Shown piece after piece: positions 12,105-23,544 of a DNA stretch of 64,000 bases. This stretch comes from Mytilus edulis (taxonomy: Eukaryota). The notes under the pieces are model-generated. The model had not been told where the DNA came from and did no database searches. It saw nothing but the letters and a program-made list of their open reading frames with translations. The stretch is from assembly GCF_963676685.1 (NCBI RefSeq), contig NC_092354.1, positions 38,936,001 through 39,000,000 of the forward strand, read 5' to 3'. The position numbers were made by a program, and so were the translations under genes. Each line of letters opens with the position of its first letter. Position 1 is the stretch's first letter.

Positions 12105-15100
12105 ACGCTACACTTCATCTATTAGCAGAGATAGTCATAACGAAAAGTAAACATGGAATTTATTAAAAATTTTAAACACAAGAAATTGTGCAAATTCCAT
12201 AATTAAAAATAATTCCCAGTTCAAATAATAGCCTGTTATTTATACTTTGGTCTTTTTGCCCAATATTCTCTATATTCTGTATCTCCGTTAAACCCTCATT
12301 TATTTTCAAATTTCTCATGCTCCTATATCTCTTAAAAGTGTCAAAATATTCAATCCGATTAAAATCCGATGTTGTGATACGCTACACTTCATCTATTAGC
12401 AGAGATAGTCATAACGAAAAGTAACAGCTGATTTTAATGAGATTGCACACTATCAAGCACATCTTTTCTGAGCCACGTTTCTGAACTGAACCTATATGTT
12501 TAAAGACAAACACGAAAATAAATCTATTTTCTAGGAACGCACTCTATTCAGGATAACATGTCTTAATATATAAAATGCCTGATAAAAATCTAAATTCTTA
12601 TCATGAGGCATAATTTTCTTGAGTTACAATGATAAGTTGCATACTCATTACACCAACTCGAGGAGTTCAGGGCCAGATTAGCCAGTGTGCCCTGGACCCA
12701 GATGCAGCCTAACTAGACATCAGCTTGCCAAATTGTACAGTGTATATAGTTTTAATTATTTTGTTAATATTTACTTTTAATCAATGGAGAAGCCGCCTGT
12801 TTTACCGAGCGGAGTTAGTGAATCACTCAAATATGAGGTCAACTCTTTAACGGAAGAAGGAGAAGAAGATATACACTTTCCTGGTGAACAATATAACGGA
12901 AATATAAGCAACTGTAATAAGTAGGAAGTTTAGGTAGATATAAAACGCATCTAGATTTTAATCAGATTGTTGCAATTTCCCTTTTCTATATTTACCTGGG
13001 AGTTTGGTATTTTTAAAATAATTTCTTTGAGATCTAAATCACATAGTGAAAAAAGACATGTATGCGTGTTCCAGTTGCTTCAAAATACATAAATTCACTA
13101 GTGTGCAATAGTCAGTGGCAACTATTACATGCATATGAGAGCGAGACTATGTAAATGCGATATACAGGTATATATAAAAAGAAACCTACTATGATTTATT
13201 CTATACATGAACTCTGAGCCCGATGTTCAACATGCTTATTCACAAAAAAAAAAACCACCGGAGGACATGTCATTATTCCCTTACACATCATTATAACTCT
13301 TAGCAAAAAATTATTTGCTCCTATACATGTACCCCTAAATGGTGTATTATTTGTTGAGACGCTTCCGATTCTAAATTCTGAGCTCTTTGTTTTGTCTGGA
13401 GAATCGAAACCACGGCACCAAGCTTTCGTGGCGAGCATGCATTAGTAACGATACCACGAGGTAACATTATATTATGACGGAGACAAGTTTATAAAGGTTT
13501 CAAGTTCCTCCTCAATAGAAAACATAGTTAAGGTTGAAACATAGACAAGAAATAGATTTTCGTCATTTTGAATACATTATTTTTGTTTGTTTAATTCATT
13601 TATGAACTTTATAGACTCGTGCTGATTTCATGTTTGACAAATTGTATATTTAGACATCTACTGATAACTGTTGTTGAAAACTAATTCTGTCCTCTGAATA
13701 GATGTGTTTTTGGTAGTTGTGTGTGTTTGCTTTTTACCACTCAAAAATATCAATCTCACGATAACAAACGACATTCGTGGATTCAAAAGAATCATGTGAA
13801 CGTTTCATGGTGATCCGGTGGTTTGAAACCACATTTTCAAAAGGCAGGATTCGTAATCTAAAAAACAGAAATATACACTGTGTTTTAAAAATATATACAG
13901 ATATAAAAAAAAAAAAAGACGATGTGGTATGATTGCCAACGAGACAACTCTCAACAAGAGACCAAAATGACACAGAAATTAACAACTTTAGGTCACCTTA
14001 CGGAATGGAATAAATAGACAGTCCTCTCACAAGCAAAAATTGATGAGAGCCTTTACTTCTTTATCTTTTTCTAAAAGTAAACTTTCAACTTCACGATGAG
14101 CTGTGGAATTTAAGCATTTTCTTACACGCAATACGTATTTATAAAAAGAAGAAAAAAATGTTTAGACCATTTTTCTCCATCTCAAGTCGTCAGTTACTCC
14201 GCTTTCTTTATATTTGAACACCGCTTCATTCTCTATTCCTTTGTTTGCCTATCTGGCTTTATACTTTATAACCCTCCCCCATTTTTCTCTATCAGATTCG
14301 CAAATTGCAGAAGGATAAAGGTAATAGTAAAAAAAATCATAAACGATCATGCTATCATAATGTTTCAAACCATTGATAGAGAAAAAAAATTATTAAAATA
14401 CATTTATTCATACACATTTTATTTTATTTTATTTCAATGGCAATTCGGTAAAAAAAAATGTTCAAGATGAGCAGTGTTTCAGCTAGAAATTGTCTTATTT
14501 TATACTGTTCAATTTCACAATTTAACCTCCGGTATGATTTCAAATTTAATAGTTTGTTTTCTTTAATGTACCCCTTTTTTACTATAATGTGTACTCGTCG
14601 CGGACAATGAATTCAAGCTGCAATATCTATGAATTAAAGAAAAGATTTTAAACAACGTTTTCGGATATTGAAAGTTGCTATATACATTGAATACATTTAT
14701 GATTTAGAGAGAAAATGCAACCTCAATGCTTTTGGTCATGAGGTAGGATTACTAAACAACACAGGTGTGGAGCAAGGATTTTGAAACTTAAAAAAAAGGG
14801 GCCGGGGGGGGGGGGGGGTGCTGGAAAGCCAACGTTTCGAGTTTTACTTGTAAAAAGTTTTTAAGTTTTCATAAGTGAATCTCATAAATCAGCCTCTACA
14901 ACCAGTAATTAAACTCGATGCATATTAACTAAAATAGCAACTTTCGCAAATTATCACCAGCTCAGTGATGAGTGACGTTTGCGGTACTTTGTGATTATGA
15001 GAGGCTATACAATATTTAAGGTGGTATGGGAGTCTAAAATAAAAATGATAGAATTTGTTCATACTTTGCCAAAACGTTGTATCTATTGATACATGTTGAA

Positions 15101-17128
15101 AAATATAATAAAAATGATAGGTCACCGCGCATTTTCTCAAGCTACAGGACGGGACAAAATGACACATTTTGTATGAAAAACACTATTTTGTGATTAGAAA
15201 CTAAACAAAATGATAGATTTGTTAAATACTTCAGGAAAAGATAGCTTTCAGACACTGCTTTGAGAATATCAAAAGAAAAGATAGGGTCAACGTACGTTTT
15301 TTCCGGCTAACATACAAAATAGGAAAATTCCATACAGAATCCTTCAGAAAATGCACTTTTTTAGAGTTACCTCCCCTTAAAATGCCAATTTAAAAAAAAA
15401 TAAAAACAACCCAAAATAGTTAACATTTGCAAAAATATCAATATTTAGAAGTTATATTCTTAAATTGGTACTTTTAAATGAAAATGTACATTAAACATCT
15501 GCATTCCTGCATCAAATTTTGCTAACTTGATGGAAAATCTGGACCTTTGATTCTCTGTTTTTTACAATCTGATTTGCATTGTTTTTATGATTAACAAAAA
15601 TTGTACCTTATGGAAACGTTATTTTTTGTACAAGTTATAAGCGTTAAACATGTAAATAATGAATAATAATACAAGGAAAATATACCATCTATAAATAATC
15701 GATTGGAAAAACCCATTCTCTCCCTTTGAAAATTTCTATTTTAATGCCAACAAGGAAGTTAATTAATAAAAAGGTCACAATGAAAACATCAGCTGTAAAT
15801 TTGCAATTGAAGTTTTTTTGACACAAAATTGACCATGGACTAAATTGTGTGTAGCCTGTAGGTTAGCGGTGTTAAGAGGTAACTATTTTAAAAATTTATT
15901 CAATGACATTTAAAATCGGAGTTGGGTAATCGTCAATTTTCTGGGTGTGGACGGCTAACAACCGTTTGTTTTTCTTTCAGATATATTCAAATAGTTTTGA
16001 TGCTGACAGATGTGTTAAGGGAGGGGGTTTATCCGAAACAAGAAACGTATCCCTATAGATTTTATAAGATTGTACGGTGATATTTTTTTAATCCGATGTT
16101 CCACATTCTGACTTGTACTTAGTAGTTTAAAAAATGTTATTGCATTTTGAAAGATAATATCACCATTTCTTAAATAACTGGACATAGTACATGTATTATA
16201 TTCATAATATTGAGTTGTATGATATATATTCATATGCGTATAATTGAAAAATAAATAAATGAAAGAATATAAACCGATTTGCACAACTTTTTGGTACCAG
16301 CTAGATGTAACATCAGTGCATACCGTTTTTATCTCGTATGTATATACCATGAATCGCATGTATACTATAAGTAAGTTTACAGGTTCCAATAGTGGAGCAG
16401 CAACTGATTACACTCAGGAGTTTCCGTCTTTAATTGGCGGTTTTTCGATGAGTTCTCTCTTTAGAGAGTAGCCATTTAGCTTCAATAGGAAAGGGGGTAC
16501 CGTATGTTTTTCATGTTTTTGTCTAAGTCTTTTTTTTCTTTTTCTTTTTCTTTGATAGGTTTTTGACGCTTTCAATTATTATTTTCCCTCAAGAGTTAAC
16601 CATATAAGTTATGGGGAAAATATAGATTCAGAATATATATTTTTGTCATTTGCTTGACAACAATATTTTTTCCATTAGATTGAGGATCAGAATATTTTTT
16701 CAGGAAAAAATCATAACCCCCTTTTGAAGTTAAGAGGTTGTTCCCTTAAATGTTCTCGATTTGTAGTGTTTTTAGACTCATTTTGTTTCGTTGTTTTAGT
16801 CCATACTTTGAAGGTTTAAAGTGATAATAATGAAATATACAGTACCAATTTTAATGCTCAATTTCTGTTATTACACGTTTGACAAACATAAATCAACAAA
16901 TCAACAACGAAAATTTTAAATATCAGTGGCGGATCCAGGGTGGGGTGCAGGGGTTGGAACCCCTTCTTTGACGATCAATGCATTTGAATGGGGACATATA
17001 GTTTGAATCCTTCCCCTTTATCCTGGATAAGGACCCTCTTTTAACACATGACTGGATCCACCCCTGTATAAGATTCACTGAGTCTATTATAATTAAGTTA
17101 TATATTCTTGTAGGTGTTTAAAACAAAA

Positions 17129-17461
17129 ATGGAAGCATCAAGGAGAACTTCAGAATGCAGAGGAAGCCGGTTAGTTGTTGCAGCTATAGACTTGGGAACA
17201 ACTTTCTCAGGATACGCATTTTCATTCAGATCTGATTTTGAGTCCAACCCACTCAAAATTAGCACAAATGATTGGTCTGCAGAGGGTGTTCACAGTTCAG
17301 AGATGAAGGCGCCATCTATATTGTTACTAAATCCTGACCAATCATTTAACTGCTTTGGATACCGAGCACAACATACTTACTCAGACTTGTTGGACGATGA
17401 CCCAGATAAAGCTGCCAAATATTATTTTGTCAAGAACTTCAAAATGCAGTTACACAATAGG
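17129..17461 (+). CDS. HSPA12: HSPA12-like paralogue 2, coding exon 1
   Basis: Acceptor tgtag ends 17113, ATG at 17129. Contains VVAAIDLGTTFSGYAFS (HSP70 phosphate-1 motif), KAPSILL and FKMQLH. Donor G|gtatgt at 17462, phase 0. Confidence 0.9.
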
Positions 17462-17494
17462 GTATGTGATTATATGAACTCCCCCTCCCAAAGT

Positions 17495-17549
17495 AGTAGT
17501 ATATATTGTGTGGCAGCAGCAAATATTTTTGCCACGTTGACAAAAATTT
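17495..17549 (+). repeat. Left terminal inverted repeat, perfect 55-bp part (degenerate similarity continues to ~17930)
   Basis: Exact reverse complement of 35371-35425. Confidence 0.95.
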
Positions 17550-17886
17550 TGCCCCCGTCAGCAAAAATTGCATAATATATTTGTTGGATAATATCAAAAT
17601 ATTGATTTTTAATTTGTAAAATATAAAAGAATGTTTTTATTTTTTTTTTCACTGCATTAAACAATTTTAATGCATTACCAATCAATTTAACATTGTTGAT
17701 ATGCTGGATATGGAAGTAGTAAAAGTAAATTGAACATTTAAAAAAAATTTTCATTTCATTAAACAATTTAACGCATTACCAATCATTTAAATTGTTGATA
17801 TGCTGGATATGGAAGTAGTAAAAGGAACATTTAAAACAATTTGAGAGCTTTAATTTGATAAAAGTTTAATTGGTAAATATAATAAT

Positions 17887-17928
17887 TAACCCTAACCCTA
17901 ACCCTAACCCTAACCCTAACCCTAACCC
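17887..17928 (+). repeat. Telomere-type repeat (TAACCC)7
   Basis: Seven perfect units read directly. Inverted counterpart TAGGGTTAGGGTTAATTA starts at 34978. Confidence 0.95.
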
Positions 17929-17975
17929 AAACAAAAATATCATACATTATAAATTATTATTATTATTAATAAAAC

Positions 17976-18332
17976 ATGGATGAGATAGAATCATGTGAAA
18001 ATATAGCCAGACTTGATAACATATTCGATATAATATATGCAAAGTCAGTTTTTGACATTCTGAAGAAGGAAAATCAAGTGGAACACATAAGTGGAGGAAA
18101 TGCATGGGATTTTTTTTATCAAGTAGAAACAGATAAAGTGTACACCGATTTTGTTAATTTAGTCAGACAATCAAATATTCCAGATAATGTGAGAGTCTAC
18201 TATCAACTTACATTTTTACAATCAACAGATTGGAAAAATACTATATTGAAAACACCGCACAGAGCATCTCGCATAATAGATAAAGTTGAAAAAATGATAG
18301 ATTTGGAACCTATTTTTAACAATGGAAAATGA
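17976..18332 (+). CDS. Polinton ORF of unknown function (118 aa)
   Basis: Good start context (aaacATGG). Overlaps the integrase start by 11 nt. No motif recognised. Confidence 0.7.
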   Translation: MDEIESCENIARLDNIFDIIYAKSVFDILKKENQVEHISGGNAWDFFYQVETDKVYTDFVNLVRQSNIPDNVRVYYQLTFLQSTDWKNTILKTPHRASRIIDKVEKMIDLEPIFNNGK

Positions 18333-19476
18333 TGATTTAGATGAAAAACTTAGGAATGTATATTACAATACAGCAAATGGGGGAGCATACCTAAGTGCTG
18401 AAAAAATTTATCAAACGTTGAAGACATCAAGAGATGGAAATGTACCAAGCGTATACAAGATCAGGAAATGGATGGAAAAAATAGACGACTACAATTTACA
18501 AAAACCTGTAAAACGTAGAATTAAAAGAGTGAAAATAATTGTATCGGAACCGTATGAGCAATACGATGCTGACCTTATGGATGTATCCAACATACAGAAA
18601 TATAACAATAAGACACGTTTCCTGTTGGTTGTTATCGATATTTTCACACGGTTTTTATGGATTTATCCATTAAAAAACAAGTTTGGGAAGACAGTAGCTG
18701 ATGCATTTGAAAAAATCTTCAAACATGGTAAAATCCCTTTGAAGGTTTCCACAGATGCGGGAACTGAATTCAAAAACAAAGATTTGAAACGTGTGTTTAA
18801 AAAATATGACATTTACCATCATGTCTATTTAAATTCCGACAGTAGTAAAGCGTCAATAGCAGAGAGGGTCAATTTGACATTTCGGAGGATGATGTTCCGA
18901 TATTTTACAAAGCATAGAACTTATAGCTATCTCAATGTTATACAAAATTTGGTAGCAAGTTATAATGCAACGCCACATAGAAGTTTAAATAATACAGCTC
19001 CAAAAGATGTGAATGAGAAAAACAAATATGATTTGTGGGCATATATGTATATTAAAACTCCACCCAAAGAAAAACGAATCAGAGAAAAGAAAGAAACATT
19101 AAAAGTACAACGTAAAAGAGGGAAACAGTTTCATTTTAAAATCAATGACATGGTAAGACTGAGCCATTTGAAGAAACCGTTTCAAAGAGCTTATCAGCAA
19201 CAGTGGACCTCCGAAATATTTAAAATATATAGACGATTTCTAATACATGGGAAAATCTTTTATAAAGTACAAGATTTTTTGGACAAGGAAGTTGTAGGCA
19301 ATTTCAATTATACAGAGTTGCAGCGTGTGAAAAAGGAGGCTGACGCATTGTGGTTTGTTGAGAAAGTGCTTAAATGGCGAAGGCGGAATGGTCAACGTGA
19401 GGGTTATGTAAAATTCCAGGATTGGGATAAACGTTTTTGTCAGTGGATTCCTGAGAGAGATATTGTTGACTTTTAA
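18322..19476 (+). CDS. Retroviral-like (rve, DDE) integrase with C-terminal chromodomain-like region
   Basis: YDADLMD, VIDIFTRF, TDAGTEF, IAERVNLT, YNATPHRSL. The C-terminus WFVEKVLKWRRRNG..YVKFQDW...WIPE is chromodomain-like. Confidence 0.95.
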   Translation: MENDDLDEKLRNVYYNTANGGAYLSAEKIYQTLKTSRDGNVPSVYKIRKWMEKIDDYNLQKPVKRRIKRVKIIVSEPYEQYDADLMDVSNIQKYNNKTRFLLVVIDIFTRFLWIYPLKNKFGKTVADAFEKIFKHGKIPLKVSTDAGTEFKNKDLKRVFKKYDIYHHVYLNSDSSKASIAERVNLTFRRMMFRYFTKHRTYSYLNVIQNLVASYNATPHRSLNNTAPKDVNEKNKYDLWAYMYIKTPPKEKRIREKKETLKVQRKRGKQFHFKINDMVRLSHLKKPFQRAYQQQWTSEIFKIYRRFLIHGKIFYKVQDFLDKEVVGNFNYTELQRVKKEADALWFVEKVLKWRRRNGQREGYVKFQDWDKRFCQWIPERDIVDF

Positions 19477-19477
19477 A

Positions 19478-19885
19478 ATGAGCTTTTACATGGTCATTAA
19501 CAGTAACAAAAATTTAGACATTTACCCACATAACAGACCACACAAATTCCGTACATATCTTCAGACGCCAATAGTGATGAAATCAAAATGGAAAGTCGCA
19601 TTAGTTGATATTAAATTATCATCAAATAATGATCTATATATATATGCAAACATATGCGGTGATGTAATAGTCGATGGTAACAAACAACCCTTATTGAAGC
19701 GAATATGTTGCTGCTCTCAAACTGAATACTACCACTTTGATCAACTTGCATACATTCCAGTGGTGAAAAGTGAAATAAGAGACATTGAATTCTTTATTAC
19801 TGACATGCAAGGGAGTCATGCATCATTTTTAAAAAATCCAGTGTCGATTACACTGCACTTCAGGTCGTATCCATACTTTGCATGA
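19478..19885 (+). CDS. Minor capsid protein (penton), 135 aa
   Basis: MSFYMVINS...YPHN...F.T.L..P......WKVALVDI start, LYIYANI, ..YIPV..IEFFITD..G, and LHFR end, as in Polinton minor capsid proteins. Position between integrase and major capsid fits. Confidence 0.75.
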   Translation: MSFYMVINSNKNLDIYPHNRPHKFRTYLQTPIVMKSKWKVALVDIKLSSNNDLYIYANICGDVIVDGNKQPLLKRICCCSQTEYYHFDQLAYIPVVKSEIRDIEFFITDMQGSHASFLKNPVSITLHFRSYPYFA

Positions 19886-20352
19886 TAATCATGGAATTGA
19901 ACAATTCTCAATATGTGCTAGACCCTAGGACATGGATAATGTACTATGAAAATCTAGCGAATGACAAACATCACAATTCATATCTTAATAATTCATACAG
20001 AAGAACTATCCAGAGTGGTGGTTCCCTCACTAATTCAGCAGCTAGCTTCATGGAACCAATCACATTACCACAAAGTAAACCACATGCGCAATCACCCATT
20101 AAACTTGTAACACATGCACAGCAGCAGGTGGAAAATGCTAAGTCGGAAATTAGTCGAGCTGTGAAAAAGATAAAACGCAAACGTGGGAAGTTACAAAACA
20201 GTAATAGAAAAAGCCATAGAGGGGAGCAGAAGAAAACGAAAAAGACAAAGAAAGGAGGAAGGAAAAATAAAACAAACAGTAAGAAAGGAAGTGTACAGAG
20301 TGTGAAAAAAAGATTAAAGAATCAGCTAATTGAAAAGGATATTTTCCAGTAA
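19882..20352 (+). CDS. Lys/Arg-rich putative virion core (DNA-condensing) protein
   Basis: Very basic C-terminal half (KKIKRKRGK..KKTKKTKKGGRKNK), an internal QSGG motif, and location directly upstream of the major capsid gene. Confidence 0.65.
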   Translation: MIIMELNNSQYVLDPRTWIMYYENLANDKHHNSYLNNSYRRTIQSGGSLTNSAASFMEPITLPQSKPHAQSPIKLVTHAQQQVENAKSEISRAVKKIKRKRGKLQNSNRKSHRGEQKKTKKTKKGGRKNKTNSKKGSVQSVKKRLKNQLIEKDIFQ

Positions 20353-20360
20353 AATTCAAA

Positions 20361-21683
20361 ATGGCTAAAATAAATCCTGAAACATTTCATGAGCTGCAAC
20401 CAAGTCAGTTGTCTTTATTCAATCTACCAGGTCATCAAACTGCAGTCACAAGAATCACATATGAACATATTCGACCAGCTGCAACTTTTACAAAGACATC
20501 GCCAATAGAGTTTCACATATCTGGTGGAACAGAGTATCTAGACTTAAGTAAATCAACAATGCATGTACGTCTAAGACTTAAAAGAGGAGATGGAACCATA
20601 GCAGATAGCAGTGACGTTAATTGCGGGCCTGTGAACTATGTTTTGCATGCATTATTTAATCAAATAGATGTTTTAATTCAAAATAAAATTGTCACATCTT
20701 CAACAGGATTTTACCCTTACAAAGCTTATATGCAAACTTTATTGAAATATGGGAAAGAAGCTAAAGAATCGCAGCTCTCAAGTCAATTATGGATAGACGA
20801 TCATCAAGGAACATTGGATGATGCAGATTGTAACACAGGATCAAATCTTGGGCTCTACAGAAGAACAGCATACATAAAAAATGGTAAAACTGTTGATCTT
20901 GAAGGAAACATTTTCCATCCCCTGTTTTCAATGAATCGTTACATATTAAATCAAGTAGGAGTTACTGTGAAATTCTACAGATCGAGACCAGAATTTTATC
21001 TAATGTCGGTTGATGAAGATGCTGATTATTACCTTGAGATTGAAGATATGTATCTATCAATAGCAAAGATCCACGTTCACCCCGGCATTGTATATGGCCA
21101 CGATTCTATACTCAGGACAGTAAACGCTAAATATCCCATTGTGCAAAATGATGTTCGCACAATTTCACTTCCAGCTGGTCAAATAAGTTTTAACTTCAAC
21201 AACATATTCCAGAATAATAGACCCAATAAGGTATTGATAGCCTTTACGGGGAGTCAAAACATAGCAGGTGACTACTCACTATGTCCGTGGACATTCAAAC
21301 ATTGCCACCTAAGTGAAATAAATCTTAAAGTTGAGGGAGTGCCAGTTTCCGGGAATCCTGTCAGAGTAAAATTTGACTCGTCAAGTGGAGAATCATCCAT
21401 TGTTGCATTTCGCAATCTATTTGAGGTTGCTGGGAAAACTCTGCAAGACTGTGGTAATGGATTAAACAGAGACAGTTTTTCTGAAGGATATGCCTTGTAT
21501 GCCTTTCAACTGGAACCAATTTTTGAAGGTTTAGATTATTTAACATTGAAAAGGAATGAACGTGTCAATTTGGAATGCACATTTGATTCTCCCCTCACTG
21601 AACCAACAACTATAATCATTTATAGTGAATTTAGTGGATATTTTGAAATAACTCAAACTCGAGACATCATAATTCAAGAATGA
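20361..21683 (+). CDS. Major capsid protein (double jelly-roll, hexon-like), 440 aa
   Basis: LSLFNLP..QTAV, PIEFHI..YLDLSKS, PVNYVLHALFNQIDV, YPYKAY..LL.YG, RPNKVLI and GYALYAFQL, as in Polinton major capsid proteins. Confidence 0.9.
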   Translation: MAKINPETFHELQPSQLSLFNLPGHQTAVTRITYEHIRPAATFTKTSPIEFHISGGTEYLDLSKSTMHVRLRLKRGDGTIADSSDVNCGPVNYVLHALFNQIDVLIQNKIVTSSTGFYPYKAYMQTLLKYGKEAKESQLSSQLWIDDHQGTLDDADCNTGSNLGLYRRTAYIKNGKTVDLEGNIFHPLFSMNRYILNQVGVTVKFYRSRPEFYLMSVDEDADYYLEIEDMYLSIAKIHVHPGIVYGHDSILRTVNAKYPIVQNDVRTISLPAGQISFNFNNIFQNNRPNKVLIAFTGSQNIAGDYSLCPWTFKHCHLSEINLKVEGVPVSGNPVRVKFDSSSGESSIVAFRNLFEVAGKTLQDCGNGLNRDSFSEGYALYAFQLEPIFEGLDYLTLKRNERVNLECTFDSPLTEPTTIIIYSEFSGYFEITQTRDIIIQE

Positions 21684-22147
21684 ACACTATGCAATTGGAG
21701 TGTATGATTAATTGTGATGAACTAATGAAGGATAAAATTGTTGGTATATTTGCAGCAGATCAGATACCTAAGATAGTGAGAAATCGACCCATGGGATTTA
21801 TTTGTAACACTGAAAATCATTTTGAGAATGGTGCACACTGGATCGCCTTTTTCATAAATGAGGAACGAAGAGGGATATTTTTCGACAGCTTCGCACACTC
21901 TCCCGATTATTATTCACGTCACTTCTTAAAATTCTTTGAACACAATGCGATATCTCTGGAAATAAATCAAAAACGATTACAGAGTGAGAATTCATCAGTA
22001 TGCGGTCAATATTGCATTTTCATCTTATCACTCTTATGTAGAGAGTATGATCTAACTAACATTCACGATTTTTTCAGTGATAATCATCAAGCAAACGACA
22101 TCTTTGTTTTCAATGTGATTGGTAAAACCTATTCACACTGCATATGA
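21680..22147 (+). CDS. Adenain-like cysteine maturation protease
   Basis: Catalytic order H (GAHWIAF), D (FFDSF), Q (RLQS), C (SVCGQYC). Confidence 0.93.
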   Translation: MNTMQLECMINCDELMKDKIVGIFAADQIPKIVRNRPMGFICNTENHFENGAHWIAFFINEERRGIFFDSFAHSPDYYSRHFLKFFEHNAISLEINQKRLQSENSSVCGQYCIFILSLLCREYDLTNIHDFFSDNHQANDIFVFNVIGKTYSHCI

Positions 22148-22209
22148 AAAAGTGTTTAAAATGATGAGACACATGGTAACAATCATCATTCGAGCAAGAG
22201 GTGATCATC

Positions 22210-22851
22210 ATGAGTTTGGTGAAATTTCAAACACCCATGACTTCAATATGTGTCGGTCCAACGGGTTCAGGAAAAACTACATACATTAAAAGATTATTAG
22301 AGAACGCTCAGGAAATGTTTACAATACCACCTCAGAAGATATACTACTGTTACAGCATATGGCAAGATGTCTTCGATGAATTGAAAAAAACTGTCTCCAA
22401 CATTTCATTTCAACTGGAACTGCCTGATGAAAGTGATTTTCTTGTTGATAAGGATATACACACATTATGGATCATTGATGATAAAATGGATGAAGTAGTG
22501 GACTGTAAACTGATGCAGAAGATTTATTGCGTTTTAAGTCATCACACCTTAACATCAATTATTTTTATACTACAAAATTTATATCAGAAGGGGAAGGTTA
22601 TGCGATCAATCAGTTTGAATTCTCACGTCTTTTTTCTTTTCAAAAATGGTAGAGATTCACTGCAAATACAATCTTTAGCTCGACAAATGTTTCCAGGTCA
22701 AGTTCGCTTTTTCATGGACGTTTACCAACGTGCAATTAGCAGACCATACAATTGCTTGATAGTGGATATAGCACCAGGTTCAAACCCTGAATATCAGTTG
22801 CGCGCAAATCCTTTTCCGGGGGAGGACACGATTGTTTATCAACCAAAATGA
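22210..22851 (+). CDS. A32/FtsK-like genome packaging ATPase
   Basis: Walker A GPTGSGKT, Walker B WIIDD, SHH..SIIFILQN, ISLNSH..LFKNGRD. First ATG at 22210. Confidence 0.95.
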   Translation: MSLVKFQTPMTSICVGPTGSGKTTYIKRLLENAQEMFTIPPQKIYYCYSIWQDVFDELKKTVSNISFQLELPDESDFLVDKDIHTLWIIDDKMDEVVDCKLMQKIYCVLSHHTLTSIIFILQNLYQKGKVMRSISLNSHVFFLFKNGRDSLQIQSLARQMFPGQVRFFMDVYQRAISRPYNCLIVDIAPGSNPEYQLRANPFPGEDTIVYQPK

Positions 22852-23189
22852 TTTTAAAAGAATCAAGTAGAAGCTTCCTTAAATTATTGGCGAACACTAC
22901 ACCTGAACAATCTGCTCAAATCATAAAAAGCACGGACCACAGACAATTACAACTATTAGTAGAAATAGTATTCAACTGTCTAAAAAGCGTCATACCATTG
23001 TCTGAGAGGGTTAAAAGGAATCTTTCAACTTTTGCAAAGTTCATTCGTGCTGTGGTAGTTAATAATATAACACCTCAGTTGAGGAGAAAACGTTTACTGA
23101 AGATAATTGTTATTATTCCAACATTGATATCATCTTTTTTCAAATACTATGACTCGGGAGTTAATACTATTACCCAAGGAGAAATATGA
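22848..23189 (+). CDS. Small basic helical Polinton protein (113 aa), possibly virion-associated
   Basis: ATGA overlap with the ATPase stop. FLKLLA..QII..LVEIVFNCL..IPL pattern resembles small ORFs next to Maverick ATPases (from recollection). Confidence 0.65.
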   Translation: MILKESSRSFLKLLANTTPEQSAQIIKSTDHRQLQLLVEIVFNCLKSVIPLSERVKRNLSTFAKFIRAVVVNNITPQLRRKRLLKIIVIIPTLISSFFKYYDSGVNTITQGEI

Positions 23190-23544
23190 AAGATTGATGA
23201 ATATGTCCAACCAATGTGAAATTGTTAATGTGAAAGAAAAAGAAAAGGAATATGATGGTAAAGATAGTGACAGTATAAAAACAGAAATAAACCTAGAAGA
23301 AGATGTAACCAAACAACATGGTAGTGGTCAGGTTTTGCAAAAAACAGAATTGAAAAATTTAAAAGAAACTGTAGATCGATCAAAATCAGACAATCAAGAG
23401 GAAAATAGGATGGATGTTGATGAATATGATGGTGCAGCAGAGGGTAAAGCTATCAAGATGTCTCCTGAAAAATTCTTAAGAAATGTGGAAAAATCGCAAA
23501 ATCGCAAAAGATTAAAGAGTAAATGGTTATCATTTCATTTGTAA
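23149..23544 (+). CDS. Charged low-complexity Polinton protein (131 aa)
   Basis: N-terminal LILLPKEKYERL, internal QHGSG, C-terminal KWLSF. Followed by an AT-rich region with AATAAA near 23682-23693. Confidence 0.65.
   Translation: MTRELILLPKEKYERLMNMSNQCEIVNVKEKEKEYDGKDSDSIKTEINLEEDVTKQHGSGQVLQKTELKNLKETVDRSKSDNQEENRMDVDEYDGAAEGKAIKMSPEKFLRNVEKSQNRKRLKSKWLSFHL

Noticed and set aside
14804-14818. Poly-G/poly-C runs here and at about 35772, 37155, 46485 and 63312 as G-quadruplex elements
   Set aside because: They are homopolymers inside common repeats, and their lengths are unreliable in assemblies.
16924-17066. MITE counted among the 5-bp TSD set
   Set aside because: The termini resemble the family but the flanks (AATAT/TATAA) do not match.
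17462-17575. HSPA12-Polinton fusion ORF (tail of ORF 17114-17575)
   Set aside because: This is simple read-through past a canonical donor into the intron and TIR. The spliced model is complete without it.
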